IMG/VR virus record: IMGVR_UViG_3300040733_000115
Coordinates: 1-40,502 of that record
Direction: 5' to 3' (one strand)
DNA length: 40,502 nt
Source of the DNA: a virus
Taxonomy: Duplodnaviria > Caudoviricetes
The notes below the pieces were generated by a model, which was not told where the DNA came from, searched no databases, and was given only the letters and a program-made list of their open reading frames with translations. Both the position numbers and the translations under genes were made by a program. Every line of letters begins with the position of its first letter. Position 1 is the stretch's first letter. Shown here piece by piece: positions 24,946 to 32,709 of the stretch.

Positions 24946-25929
24946 ATGGGAGTAAAAATAAGAGACGCACTGAACCTTATACGGACTATGCCATATACCC
25001 ATTCGTCAGCGACGGTGAAGGACACCGTTTATCTGCTGAACGGGAGGCCGATGCTCGCCCTCGAAAGCAAGGATGCAAACGTCGAGAACACCTTTCTCGT
25101 CTCCGGGCTGATCGAATATGCAAAAGCAACAGGCGCCGCTTGGACCGCAGGCGATACCCTTTGCTGGGATAACAGCGCTGGCAATTTCACAAAGGTCTCG
25201 GTCGGCAACACGCCGGCGGGCATCGCCCTGGAAGCCGCGGAAAGCGCGGACACTACGGGCTTTGTTCTGCTGCTTGTTGCCGAGCAGAGGCTTCTGCTTG
25301 GCGCCAAGCTCCATGACGGCGATCTCTTCGGCAGCGGGAAATCGTCAGACCCGTATACCTATGCGGGTAATGCGAAGATGGCATCGTTCTACACGAAAAC
25401 AACCGGTACAGGGAGCGTCGAAGGCATCTACTGGAGGCATTATATCGCGGGAGCGGGTTCCAGCGGCGAGGCCGCACGTTTCTTTGCAACCGTCAATGGT
25501 GTTGCCGCAGCGAACGCGAGAGGCGCCCATATATCCCTTGGTTTCTCTGCCTACGATACATCGTATATCACCGGCGAGGGCAGGGCGATAAAAGGAACGC
25601 TTCACATTCCATCGGGCGGCGCCATGCCGGCAGGCGGGACATACTCGGCGCTGCAGGCTGAGGTTTACTGCGACGGCAACGATTCTGACCCGTCTGCGGT
25701 CACGGAACTTTCGATCATGGACTTCACGGTCCAGGGCGGGAACGCAACAGCGCAGGGGAAGGTGAAGAACCTGATGTCGCTGCACGTTCCTACCGGCGAA
25801 GAGGCCGCGGGCAATATGCACGTGAGCACGATCACGGCGGCCACGATGAACGCCGCATGCACGGAAGCCCTGAGGGTTGTGGTGAACGGCAATGTCAGGT
25901 GGATACCTCTGGCGACAGCGATAACGTAA
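24946..25929 (+). CDS. Head decoration (DUF2190-like) domain fused to a fibre-like C-terminal domain
   Basis: N-terminal AWTAGDTLCWD..T..S.GNTPAGIALEAA; Gly/Ala/Ser-rich extension ending LRVVVNGNVRWIPL. Confidence 0.6.
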   Translation: MGVKIRDALNLIRTMPYTHSSATVKDTVYLLNGRPMLALESKDANVENTFLVSGLIEYAKATGAAWTAGDTLCWDNSAGNFTKVSVGNTPAGIALEAAESADTTGFVLLLVAEQRLLLGAKLHDGDLFGSGKSSDPYTYAGNAKMASFYTKTTGTGSVEGIYWRHYIAGAGSSGEAARFFATVNGVAAANARGAHISLGFSAYDTSYITGEGRAIKGTLHIPSGGAMPAGGTYSALQAEVYCDGNDSDPSAVTELSIMDFTVQGGNATAQGKVKNLMSLHVPTGEEAAGNMHVSTITAATMNAACTEALRVVVNGNVRWIPLATAIT

Positions 25930-25975
25930 AACAGGGGGGGTCATCAGCCCCCCTCCATAACAAAAGAGAGGTTCT

Positions 25976-26164
25976 ATGCTCACAGCAGACCAGGTTGCAG
26001 CAAAGATAGAGGAGCTGGAAAATCAGGAAAAAAAGTTGTGGGGTGACTTCAACAAGGTGCTCGGAGCGAAGGCCGCATACACGGCAATCTATCAGGAGAT
26101 GATAAAACCGGAAGAAGCGCCAAAGGATAGCAACAACACACCAATCGAGGAGGGAAAGAAATGA
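25976..26164 (+). CDS. Small coiled-coil protein
   Basis: GAGAGG RBS; ATGA overlap with the capsid gene. Confidence 0.6.
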   Translation: MLTADQVAAKIEELENQEKKLWGDFNKVLGAKAAYTAIYQEMIKPEEAPKDSNNTPIEEGKK

Positions 26165-27201
26165 AAAACACAGTGAAGATCTTTACGAGAGAAACCTGCC
26201 AGAAGCTGGCAGCCATGGATATCAATGAACGCAGGGCGAAGCTTGCGGGAGTGATCACCGCCTTTTTCCAGGGCAAGCTTCCCATTCCAGCGCCCGCGAC
26301 GGAGATCGCGAAAGAGGCCGGAGTCGACGAAGAGCTTGTCATGAAGGTCCTTGCGATCATGGTGCAGAAAGGCATGACCGGCCCATCGGACGCGCCGGAC
26401 CTGATGAACAGGGGCACTCCTGTTACCGCCGCCGTGTTCTACAAGAGCATCATAGACCCTCTCGCCGATTTCGGGTTTGAAGAGATCTATGATCTCGTCG
26501 ATATGCGGCAGTCGCAGCAGACGTCCTTTGACATTATCGACGTGACGAACGCGATCACCTTCGCCGAAGTAAAAACAGGCGAGCGCATGAAAGTCTACGG
26601 CATCAGCACCACAAAAAGCACGGTCACAAAGATGATCATCGCCGCCGCGATAGGCATTCTCGACGACTGGATCAACTACGCGCAGTTCTGGAACCTCAAT
26701 CAGGCCGTCAGCGAAGCCCGCTCAAAATACTACGACAAGATGGCCACCGACCATTACGCGCTTCTCGCCGCCATCACCTCCGACCAGAACCAGGCATTTT
26801 CCACTGACGACATCACGACCATCAACAATGCCTGCGGGCAGATCTTCTCAGACTGCGCCGGCAAGGGATTTGTTTTGACCGGCAATGAGCGTTTTATCCT
26901 CAGGGCAAATCCCACCCTCAAGTCACGCATTGAAAAAGCCTTTGCCCTAACATTCAACGGCATGTCCACGGCGCCGAACCAGATCGTCTACAACATCGAC
27001 CGGATGTACACGACAAAGCTCGCAAATACGAGCTACTATGTCGGCCTGCCCGGCAGGAAGGCAAAGCGCGGTGTCTGGACGGATCTCACAGCAGAGACTG
27101 ACAGGGATATCCTGCTTCGCGGCACCGATGTTGCGTACTCGGGCGAATATAACTGCGCCATAGGCGAAGAAGACCAGTTCCGGAGATGCGCTCTCTCGTA
27201 A
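26161..27201 (+). CDS. Major capsid protein
   Basis: 346 aa; position after protease/decoration genes and before the adaptor; HK97-fold-like pattern. Confidence 0.75.
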   Translation: MKNTVKIFTRETCQKLAAMDINERRAKLAGVITAFFQGKLPIPAPATEIAKEAGVDEELVMKVLAIMVQKGMTGPSDAPDLMNRGTPVTAAVFYKSIIDPLADFGFEEIYDLVDMRQSQQTSFDIIDVTNAITFAEVKTGERMKVYGISTTKSTVTKMIIAAAIGILDDWINYAQFWNLNQAVSEARSKYYDKMATDHYALLAAITSDQNQAFSTDDITTINNACGQIFSDCAGKGFVLTGNERFILRANPTLKSRIEKAFALTFNGMSTAPNQIVYNIDRMYTTKLANTSYYVGLPGRKAKRGVWTDLTAETDRDILLRGTDVAYSGEYNCAIGEEDQFRRCALS

Positions 27202-27209
27202 AAAGTTAA

Positions 27210-27249
27210 GGTGAACGGGAATACGGGGCAACCCGCAGGCCCGTTCACC
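27210..27249 (+). other. Stem-loop downstream of the capsid gene
   Basis: GGTGAACGGG/CCCGTTCACC 10-bp stem, internal loop, CGGG-GCAA-CCCG GNRA hairpin. Confidence 0.65.
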
Positions 27250-27268
27250 ATTCCTCTGGGTAGGTGAC

Positions 27269-27694
27269 ATGGCGAAGACGACAGTACAGAACATACTCGA
27301 CATGGGTTTCAAAAAGGAGCTTTTTCAGAAAGATACCGATGCCCTGTTCGAGACGCTTATCGAAGAAGTGATAGCCGAACAGGCCGCGATCCTCGAAGGC
27401 CGCATCGGTTCGACGCTGTATGCCTCGACCACATCCCCGCAAAAAGAATATGTGCAGCGTGCCGAAAAGGTTATGGTCGCTGCCGAGCTGGTGCAGCGCC
27501 GCATCAACATCGTGCTCGGCAACGCGGTCGGCGCGGGCCAGGAACTGGATATCAGCAGCGAGAAAAAACAGCAGAAGGATTACGCCGGCGAAGCAGAAGA
27601 CTTGATAATGAAACTTACGACCTATGCAAGTAATTCCGGGGACGTTGCCTTTGGCGTTATTATGTCGTCCCATTTTGGAGATGACGATGCCTGA
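27269..27694 (+). CDS. Head-tail adaptor/connector
   Basis: Size, helical pattern and position after the capsid gene. Confidence 0.6.
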   Translation: MAKTTVQNILDMGFKKELFQKDTDALFETLIEEVIAEQAAILEGRIGSTLYASTTSPQKEYVQRAEKVMVAAELVQRRINIVLGNAVGAGQELDISSEKKQQKDYAGEAEDLIMKLTTYASNSGDVAFGVIMSSHFGDDDA

Positions 27695-28160
27695 GCTTAT
27701 CGTCACTGTAAACGGAGATAAGAGGCTTGTGCAGAACCTTAATACATTGGCGGGAGGCATTGAGAAAGCCATCTCTCGCGGGCTTGAACGCATCGCAAAA
27801 GGCATCCACAGCGCAGCCTATGAATTCCTTTCCGGCGCCGGCGCGAAAGAGTCGAACGTCCCCGCAGGCGGCTACCCGGTGCCTGTGCGTACGGGCCATC
27901 TCCGTCAGATGCTTGACTGGTTGAAACCCGGGGAATCGAAATCTACGGGGGGCATGCCCGTCACCGCCGCACGAAACGAAGCTGTAATCTACGATATCAC
28001 CGAATATGCTGTACCCATCCATGAGGGTACAGGAAGTTCACAGAAGTTCGGTCCCCGTGCATATCTCACAGACGGTCTCAGAAAATTTAATACAGGCGAT
28101 CGTATCGCGGGGATCGTTAAGGAAGAGATCGCCGAAGAAACAGCAAGAGCGGGGTTGTGA
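27687..28160 (+). CDS. Neck/tail-completion protein (HK97 gp10/Mu gpG-like)
   Basis: VPVRTGHLR..YAVPIHEGT..PRAYL motif. Confidence 0.7.
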   Translation: MPELIVTVNGDKRLVQNLNTLAGGIEKAISRGLERIAKGIHSAAYEFLSGAGAKESNVPAGGYPVPVRTGHLRQMLDWLKPGESKSTGGMPVTAARNEAVIYDITEYAVPIHEGTGSSQKFGPRAYLTDGLRKFNTGDRIAGIVKEEIAEETARAGL

Positions 28161-28348
28161 TGAACGAACCGACATTGTTGTGGATCCTTGGCGGGTTGCA
28201 GATGGTAAATTTGCTGCTCCTCGGATGGATCAAGATCGACATAAAAGAATTATGGAAGCGGGCGAACACCCACGGACACAAGATAGAATGTGATGGTACC
28301 GGGTGCAAGCCCAAAACGACGGCCGTGATCCTCCATGAGTCGCAATGA
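28160..28348 (+). CDS. Small single-TM protein (lysis-associated)
   Basis: LLWILGGLQMVNLLLLGWI hydrophobic helix. Confidence 0.55.
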   Translation: MNEPTLLWILGGLQMVNLLLLGWIKIDIKELWKRANTHGHKIECDGTGCKPKTTAVILHESQ

Positions 28349-28553
28349 ATTCAACCTGCTCGAATACGTGTGGGACTTCAGTGACGACGGAGAAAGGAGA
28401 GAATTCCTGTCCCGGCTGGAGAAAGAAGGGATTATAAAAAAATGCCAGGAGGGCGAGCATGTACGGTTTTATCATCGTATTTTTTATAGGTTTTGCAATC
28501 GGTATCTTCGCAGGCATCCTCTTCGCGAAGCGCAACCCGGCGATCGTCGATAA
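28335..28553 (+). CDS. Hypothetical protein
   Basis: Fills the gap but overlaps the holin by 95 nt. Confidence 0.35.
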   Translation: MSRNEFNLLEYVWDFSDDGERREFLSRLEKEGIIKKCQEGEHVRFYHRIFYRFCNRYLRRHPLREAQPGDRR

Positions 28554-28953
28554 GGTCAACGCCGCCTACCTGAAAGGTAAAAAGGAGGCCGAAGAGGAGT
28601 TGGAAGAGAAGCTCGCCCAGGCAGAGAAACTTATACGGTCGAAGACGGGAAGCGTCGAGATCCCGCAGATCAACGTCAGCGCGGCAAAAAAGTATCTTCT
28701 CCGCTTCGTCCCTCCACTCGCCGCCCTGATGCTTTTAATAGCCCTGCTCAGGCCCGGCAATATAGAGGTCGTGCTGTACAAGCTCTGCCTCGTTCTTATC
28801 GCCATGATCCTGGCGGAGTCCGTCTGGATCCTGTTCTTTAAATCGGTTTTCGGAAAAGTCGAGGAGACAAGGTCTTATGACAAAAGGTCTATCCTTATCT
28901 TTCGCGGCGCTCTGTACGCTGCTATTATTCTGGCAGTATGCCTCGGATTGTAG
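28459..28953 (+). CDS. Putative holin
   Basis: Several TM helices; C-half P..IEVVLYKLCLV..R..LYAAIILAVCLGL resembles holins of Mu-like phages; precedes the endolysin. Confidence 0.7.
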   Translation: MYGFIIVFFIGFAIGIFAGILFAKRNPAIVDKVNAAYLKGKKEAEEELEEKLAQAEKLIRSKTGSVEIPQINVSAAKKYLLRFVPPLAALMLLIALLRPGNIEVVLYKLCLVLIAMILAESVWILFFKSVFGKVEETRSYDKRSILIFRGALYAAIILAVCLGL

Positions 28954-29491
28954 CGCGGGCACACAGACCGCTACGATCAACCGTTGCATGAAATACCGCC
29001 CCCAGGTGATCAGGGAGGCGCGTTACCACATCGGCATGGATGCGCCGCACCATCTGTTTCTGGGACAGATCGAGCAGGAAAGCAGGTGCAACGAGTCCGT
29101 CACCGCCTTTGATGGCGGCGAGGGGCTGGGGCAGTTCATGCCGGCCACAGCCGGGTGGATCCACGGGAAGGAAGAGGAGCTGCAGGAGATCTCTGCCAGG
29201 CCGGCCCCGTATGACCCCATGTGGGCGATCCGCGCGCTTATTCTCTATGACCGCTGGCTTTATGGCGTTGTTGCCTGTCCCGGCTGGTATTTCGTCTTCC
29301 GTGGATACAACGGCGGCTGTGGGCAGCTCAACAAGGAGATCCGGCTCGCGGGGTCCTGCGACTATTATCTCGTCGAGAATCAATGTAAGCGGAAGATCGT
29401 CCGGCTCAAATCCGGCAGTTACCTCGATATGTGCCGGGTCAACATCGAATACCCATACCTGGTATTCGAGAAAGGAGAAAAGTACCGATGA
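28877..29491 (+). CDS. Endolysin, lytic transglycosylase (SLT) with N-terminal signal/SAR-like segment
   Basis: QIEQES (catalytic E), GLGQFMPAT, YNGG motifs. Confidence 0.88.
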   Translation: MTKGLSLSFAALCTLLLFWQYASDCSAGTQTATINRCMKYRPQVIREARYHIGMDAPHHLFLGQIEQESRCNESVTAFDGGEGLGQFMPATAGWIHGKEEELQEISARPAPYDPMWAIRALILYDRWLYGVVACPGWYFVFRGYNGGCGQLNKEIRLAGSCDYYLVENQCKRKIVRLKSGSYLDMCRVNIEYPYLVFEKGEKYR

Positions 29492-29826
29492 TGGAATTAG
29501 CCGACGGTCTGGAGAGATTATTTGTATATGCGCCCATTATCATTTTGTTCATTGTCTTGAGCATCCTCGATTATATCACAACAAGAAAGGTCCTCAAGGC
29601 AGGCGGCTACGAGATAAATAGAATTCTCAAATGGTGTATCGAGAAAAAGATCTTCACGCCGTGCAAGATCGTGCTGACGTTTTTTGTAGCACTCATCATA
29701 TGGCATTATGGCCCGCGATATCCTTTCAAAATTATCTTCATAGGCGGGTACATATGTGGCGGGTATACGTTCGTCGTCTGGAATAACGTGAGGCAGCTAT
29801 GTATTTTGAAACGAAGCTCAAAATAA
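29488..29826 (+). CDS. Membrane protein, DUF5658-like
   Basis: ILDYITT...GGYEIN motif, three TM segments; AAGGAG RBS. Confidence 0.6.
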   Translation: MMELADGLERLFVYAPIIILFIVLSILDYITTRKVLKAGGYEINRILKWCIEKKIFTPCKIVLTFFVALIIWHYGPRYPFKIIFIGGYICGGYTFVVWNNVRQLCILKRSSK

Positions 29827-30368
29827 TCGCCGGCGTTCTCGCCGCGATCCTTCTTCTTGTCCTCGCTTCGGCGATCTACGCCTGGTTGAAGAAGCCTGCC
29901 TTTCTCACCACCACGGAGTATATCAAGGTCCCGGAGATCAAGGAGGTCGTGAAGGTAAAGCGCGTCAACGTCCCCGGGCCCAAGGAGATCGTCACGATCG
30001 AGAAGCCCGTAATCGTCGAGAAGCTCAAGTTTCCCGACTCCATTGCCAGGGACGAGAACAAACAAATCACGGCGACAGGCGAGATCCCGCCCTATGAAGG
30101 AAAAACGAACGTCGTGGCAATCATGGACACACAAGCCGGAACATCAGAGATCGTCGCGAAACAGCAGCCTTTGCCCTTTTTTGCCTTCAAGAACGAGAAA
30201 GAGCTCGGGATCAGAGCAGGCCTGGACACGATAGAAGGCAAGCGCGGGGATCTGTACGCTCGCTGGACCTTTTTGCGTATCGGTTCTGTGCATTGTGCGC
30301 TCTACGGCGAGGGCAATACGCGCCCCGAAGGCAAGGCGATGCTCGATATCTCTTACAGGTGGAAATGA
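29799..30368 (+). CDS. Membrane-anchored lysis accessory (spanin-like) protein
   Basis: N-terminal TM, Val/Lys/Glu-rich linker, amphipathic beta C-terminus ending SYRWK. Confidence 0.5.
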   Translation: MYFETKLKIIAGVLAAILLLVLASAIYAWLKKPAFLTTTEYIKVPEIKEVVKVKRVNVPGPKEIVTIEKPVIVEKLKFPDSIARDENKQITATGEIPPYEGKTNVVAIMDTQAGTSEIVAKQQPLPFFAFKNEKELGIRAGLDTIEGKRGDLYARWTFLRIGSVHCALYGEGNTRPEGKAMLDISYRWK

Positions 30369-30799
30369 TGGGGAGCTTCAACGACGTCCTTGACTCAATA
30401 AAAACGACCCTCGAAGGCGATACCGCCCTGCAGACCTTTTGCGCTTCCAATTTCAGCGCCGCGCTAACCGTAAAAAGAGTCTTCAAACGCCGTACCGGAA
30501 TATCTGCATTCCCGGTTATCCTTATCACCCGTCCGGAAGTCAAAAAGATGTTCCTTGTGGGCGCCCGCGACGGCACACATACCATGAGGCTTTATTGTGG
30601 ATTCCAGCAGCCGGACAGGGAAAAGGCCCAGGATAATATCGTTGAGTTTGAAGAACTGATCGACGACGCCCTTTTAAATCCAGAACCGGCAGCTCTATCT
30701 GCAATGAACATAAAACCAACAGTATCCGTCAATGACGAGGGGATGTATCACCCTTATTATTTTATCGTCATGGATGTGGAAGTGCATCACAGAAGGTAA
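30365..30799 (+). CDS. Tail terminator/completion protein
   Basis: Size and position before the tail tube; FPVILI pattern. Confidence 0.6.
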   Translation: MMGSFNDVLDSIKTTLEGDTALQTFCASNFSAALTVKRVFKRRTGISAFPVILITRPEVKKMFLVGARDGTHTMRLYCGFQQPDREKAQDNIVEFEELIDDALLNPEPAALSAMNIKPTVSVNDEGMYHPYYFIVMDVEVHHRR

Positions 30800-30810
30800 A
30801 GGAGGAATTT

Positions 30811-30966
30811 ATGGATAGACCATCAGGAGCATATATACAGGACCCGAAGACTGGTGAGATCACGCCGGATCTTTCTGATGAGGCGATGAAAAACCGGCTT
30901 GCAGCCGAAAAGCAGCCTGAAGAGCAGGAAGAAACGGATCAACCGGATAAAAAGAAAAGGAGGTAA
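30811..30966 (+). CDS. Small protein (51 aa; absent from the ORF track)
   Basis: AAGGAGG RBS; MDRPSGAYIQDPKTGE...KKRR*. Confidence 0.65.
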   Translation: MDRPSGAYIQDPKTGEITPDLSDEAMKNRLAAEKQPEEQEETDQPDKKKRR

Positions 30967-30972
30967 ACGAAG

Positions 30973-31899
30973 ATGTTAAAGACACGTGCAGTCATACTGG
31001 CAAAAATAGAATCGGTATACGGAACGGACCCTACGCCCGTAGCAGCATCAAATTCGATCCTCTGCGAATCCCCGGAGCTCGAGGTGGTCCAGAAGTTCCT
31101 GGAGCGGAAGAACACCCGGACCTATTACGGGGCGGTGGCCGGCGTCTCGATCGGCGAGGCGGTCAAGATCAAGTTCGCCACGGAGCTGAAAGGCTCAGGA
31201 ACCGCAGGGACCGCACCGGAGATCGATCCTCTCTTCCGCGCCTGCAACTATACCAAGACGAACACACCCGGGACAAAGGACGACTACGACCCGAACAGCA
31301 ACCAGTCAACCGGCGAGAGCATCACGATCTATTTCTACCAGCACGATGTCGTCCACAAGATATCCGGATGCCGCGGCACCTTCACCGTCGACCTTACCGC
31401 CGGCGAGTACGGAAAGATAAACTGGGAATTCACCGGGATTTATACCGCTGCAGCGGACGGCTCGATACCGGCGATCACCGTCAACGCGACCGTTCCCCCG
31501 CGTTTCCTCTCGGCATCGTTCGCCATAGACACCTATGCCGCGATCATCGAGAAGATCAAGATCGATGCGGGCAATGAGATCGGGAGGCGTCCCAGCGCAA
31601 ACGCGTCGACGGGAATCCTCGAGTATTTCATCAAGGAACGGAAGATCACCGGCGAGATCGATCCCGAGGTTGTCGCCCTGGCGACAAAGAGCTTCTGGGG
31701 GATATGGGCCGCTAACACTCTTGTGGCGTTCACTGCCACGGTCGGCTCTGCTGCCGGCAACCGCTGCGTCATAACGGGCCCGAAGATCCAGTTATCGGAC
31801 GTGAAATACGGCGAACGTGAGAGCCTTCTCATCCACGCGCTGAAGCTCAATTTCACCCCGAGCACCGGCAACGACGAGATAAAGTTCAGCTTCACGTAA
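30973..31899 (+). CDS. Major tail tube protein
   Basis: ILAKIESVYGTDPTP..ELKGSGTAGTAPE..GCRGTF..GNDEIKF siphoviral tube pattern. Confidence 0.8.
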   Translation: MLKTRAVILAKIESVYGTDPTPVAASNSILCESPELEVVQKFLERKNTRTYYGAVAGVSIGEAVKIKFATELKGSGTAGTAPEIDPLFRACNYTKTNTPGTKDDYDPNSNQSTGESITIYFYQHDVVHKISGCRGTFTVDLTAGEYGKINWEFTGIYTAAADGSIPAITVNATVPPRFLSASFAIDTYAAIIEKIKIDAGNEIGRRPSANASTGILEYFIKERKITGEIDPEVVALATKSFWGIWAANTLVAFTATVGSAAGNRCVITGPKIQLSDVKYGERESLLIHALKLNFTPSTGNDEIKFSFT

Positions 31900-31984
31900 C
31901 CGGTGAGGAGCGGGAGGCAAAGAGCAAAGAGTTTAAAACTCTCATCTCTTCGTTCTCAGCGCTCAGCTAAATTAAGGAGGTTTT

Positions 31985-32422
31985 ATGTTTGATCTTGAAC
32001 GAAGCACAAAAAATCTACTGGTAATCGCAGACAGCCGCTCCGGCGAGAGCCTCGGCCTGTATTACCGGACCCCCACGCCTCAGGAAGAAGTGGCCTACCG
32101 GTCGAAAGTATTCAGCAGGAAAGGAAAAAAACTTCTGATAAACGTAAAGCTGAAAGCTCGCTTCGCCCTCGATATCCTGACCGGTCTCAGGGAAGGGGAC
32201 TGGGGATACCAGGGCAAGGCAATATCATCAGAATCGACAAGCCCGGACTATCGGGAAGACTGGAAAGATCTTCTGAACGAGACGGCACAGCATATCCTGA
32301 TTGTCTTAGCAGAGGCCATCTTTGAGGGCACAAGGGTAGACGCCAGCGATAAAGTGGACATGGAAGCCCTTGTGGTGGAGGAGGATGAGGATATCCCTTT
32401 CGCGAAGAGCTCGAGCGAATAA
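31985..32422 (+). CDS. Tail assembly chaperone (gpG-like)
   Basis: Between tube and tape measure; slippery heptamer near its 3' end. Confidence 0.75.
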   Translation: MFDLERSTKNLLVIADSRSGESLGLYYRTPTPQEEVAYRSKVFSRKGKKLLINVKLKARFALDILTGLREGDWGYQGKAISSESTSPDYREDWKDLLNETAQHILIVLAEAIFEGTRVDASDKVDMEALVVEEDEDIPFAKSSSE

Positions 32423-32709
32423 AGAAACACCACTGCGGCCCCGAACAAAAAAAGAAGTGCGCCGCAGGCTGCGGGCAGAACCTGAAAGCCGTATGCGCCA
32501 CCTGTGAGCGCAGGGAGCCCTATGAAACAAGCGTTTGGTTTAATCATATCTGGTTTTTATATACCCTGCAGCGCGCCGGTTATCCGTTCGGGCGAAACGA
32601 CCTTACCATGGAAGAATGGCAGGACCTGGGAGAAATGAAGCAGGAGATGGAAAAAGATGAAACGAAATTGCTCTTAACGAGCATTATGGCAGCGTCCCAT
32701 GGCAAATGA
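32395..32709 (+). CDS. -1 frameshift extension of the tail chaperone (gpGT-like)
   Basis: C CCT TTC at 32395-32401; -1 frame open to TGA 32707-32709 (FREELERIKKHHCG...AASHGK). Confidence 0.75.
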   Translation, partial: PFREELERIKKHHCGPEQKKKCAAGCGQNLKAVCATCERREPYETSVWFNHIWFLYTLQRAGYPFGRNDLTMEEWQDLGEMKQEMEKDETKLLLTSIMAASHGK

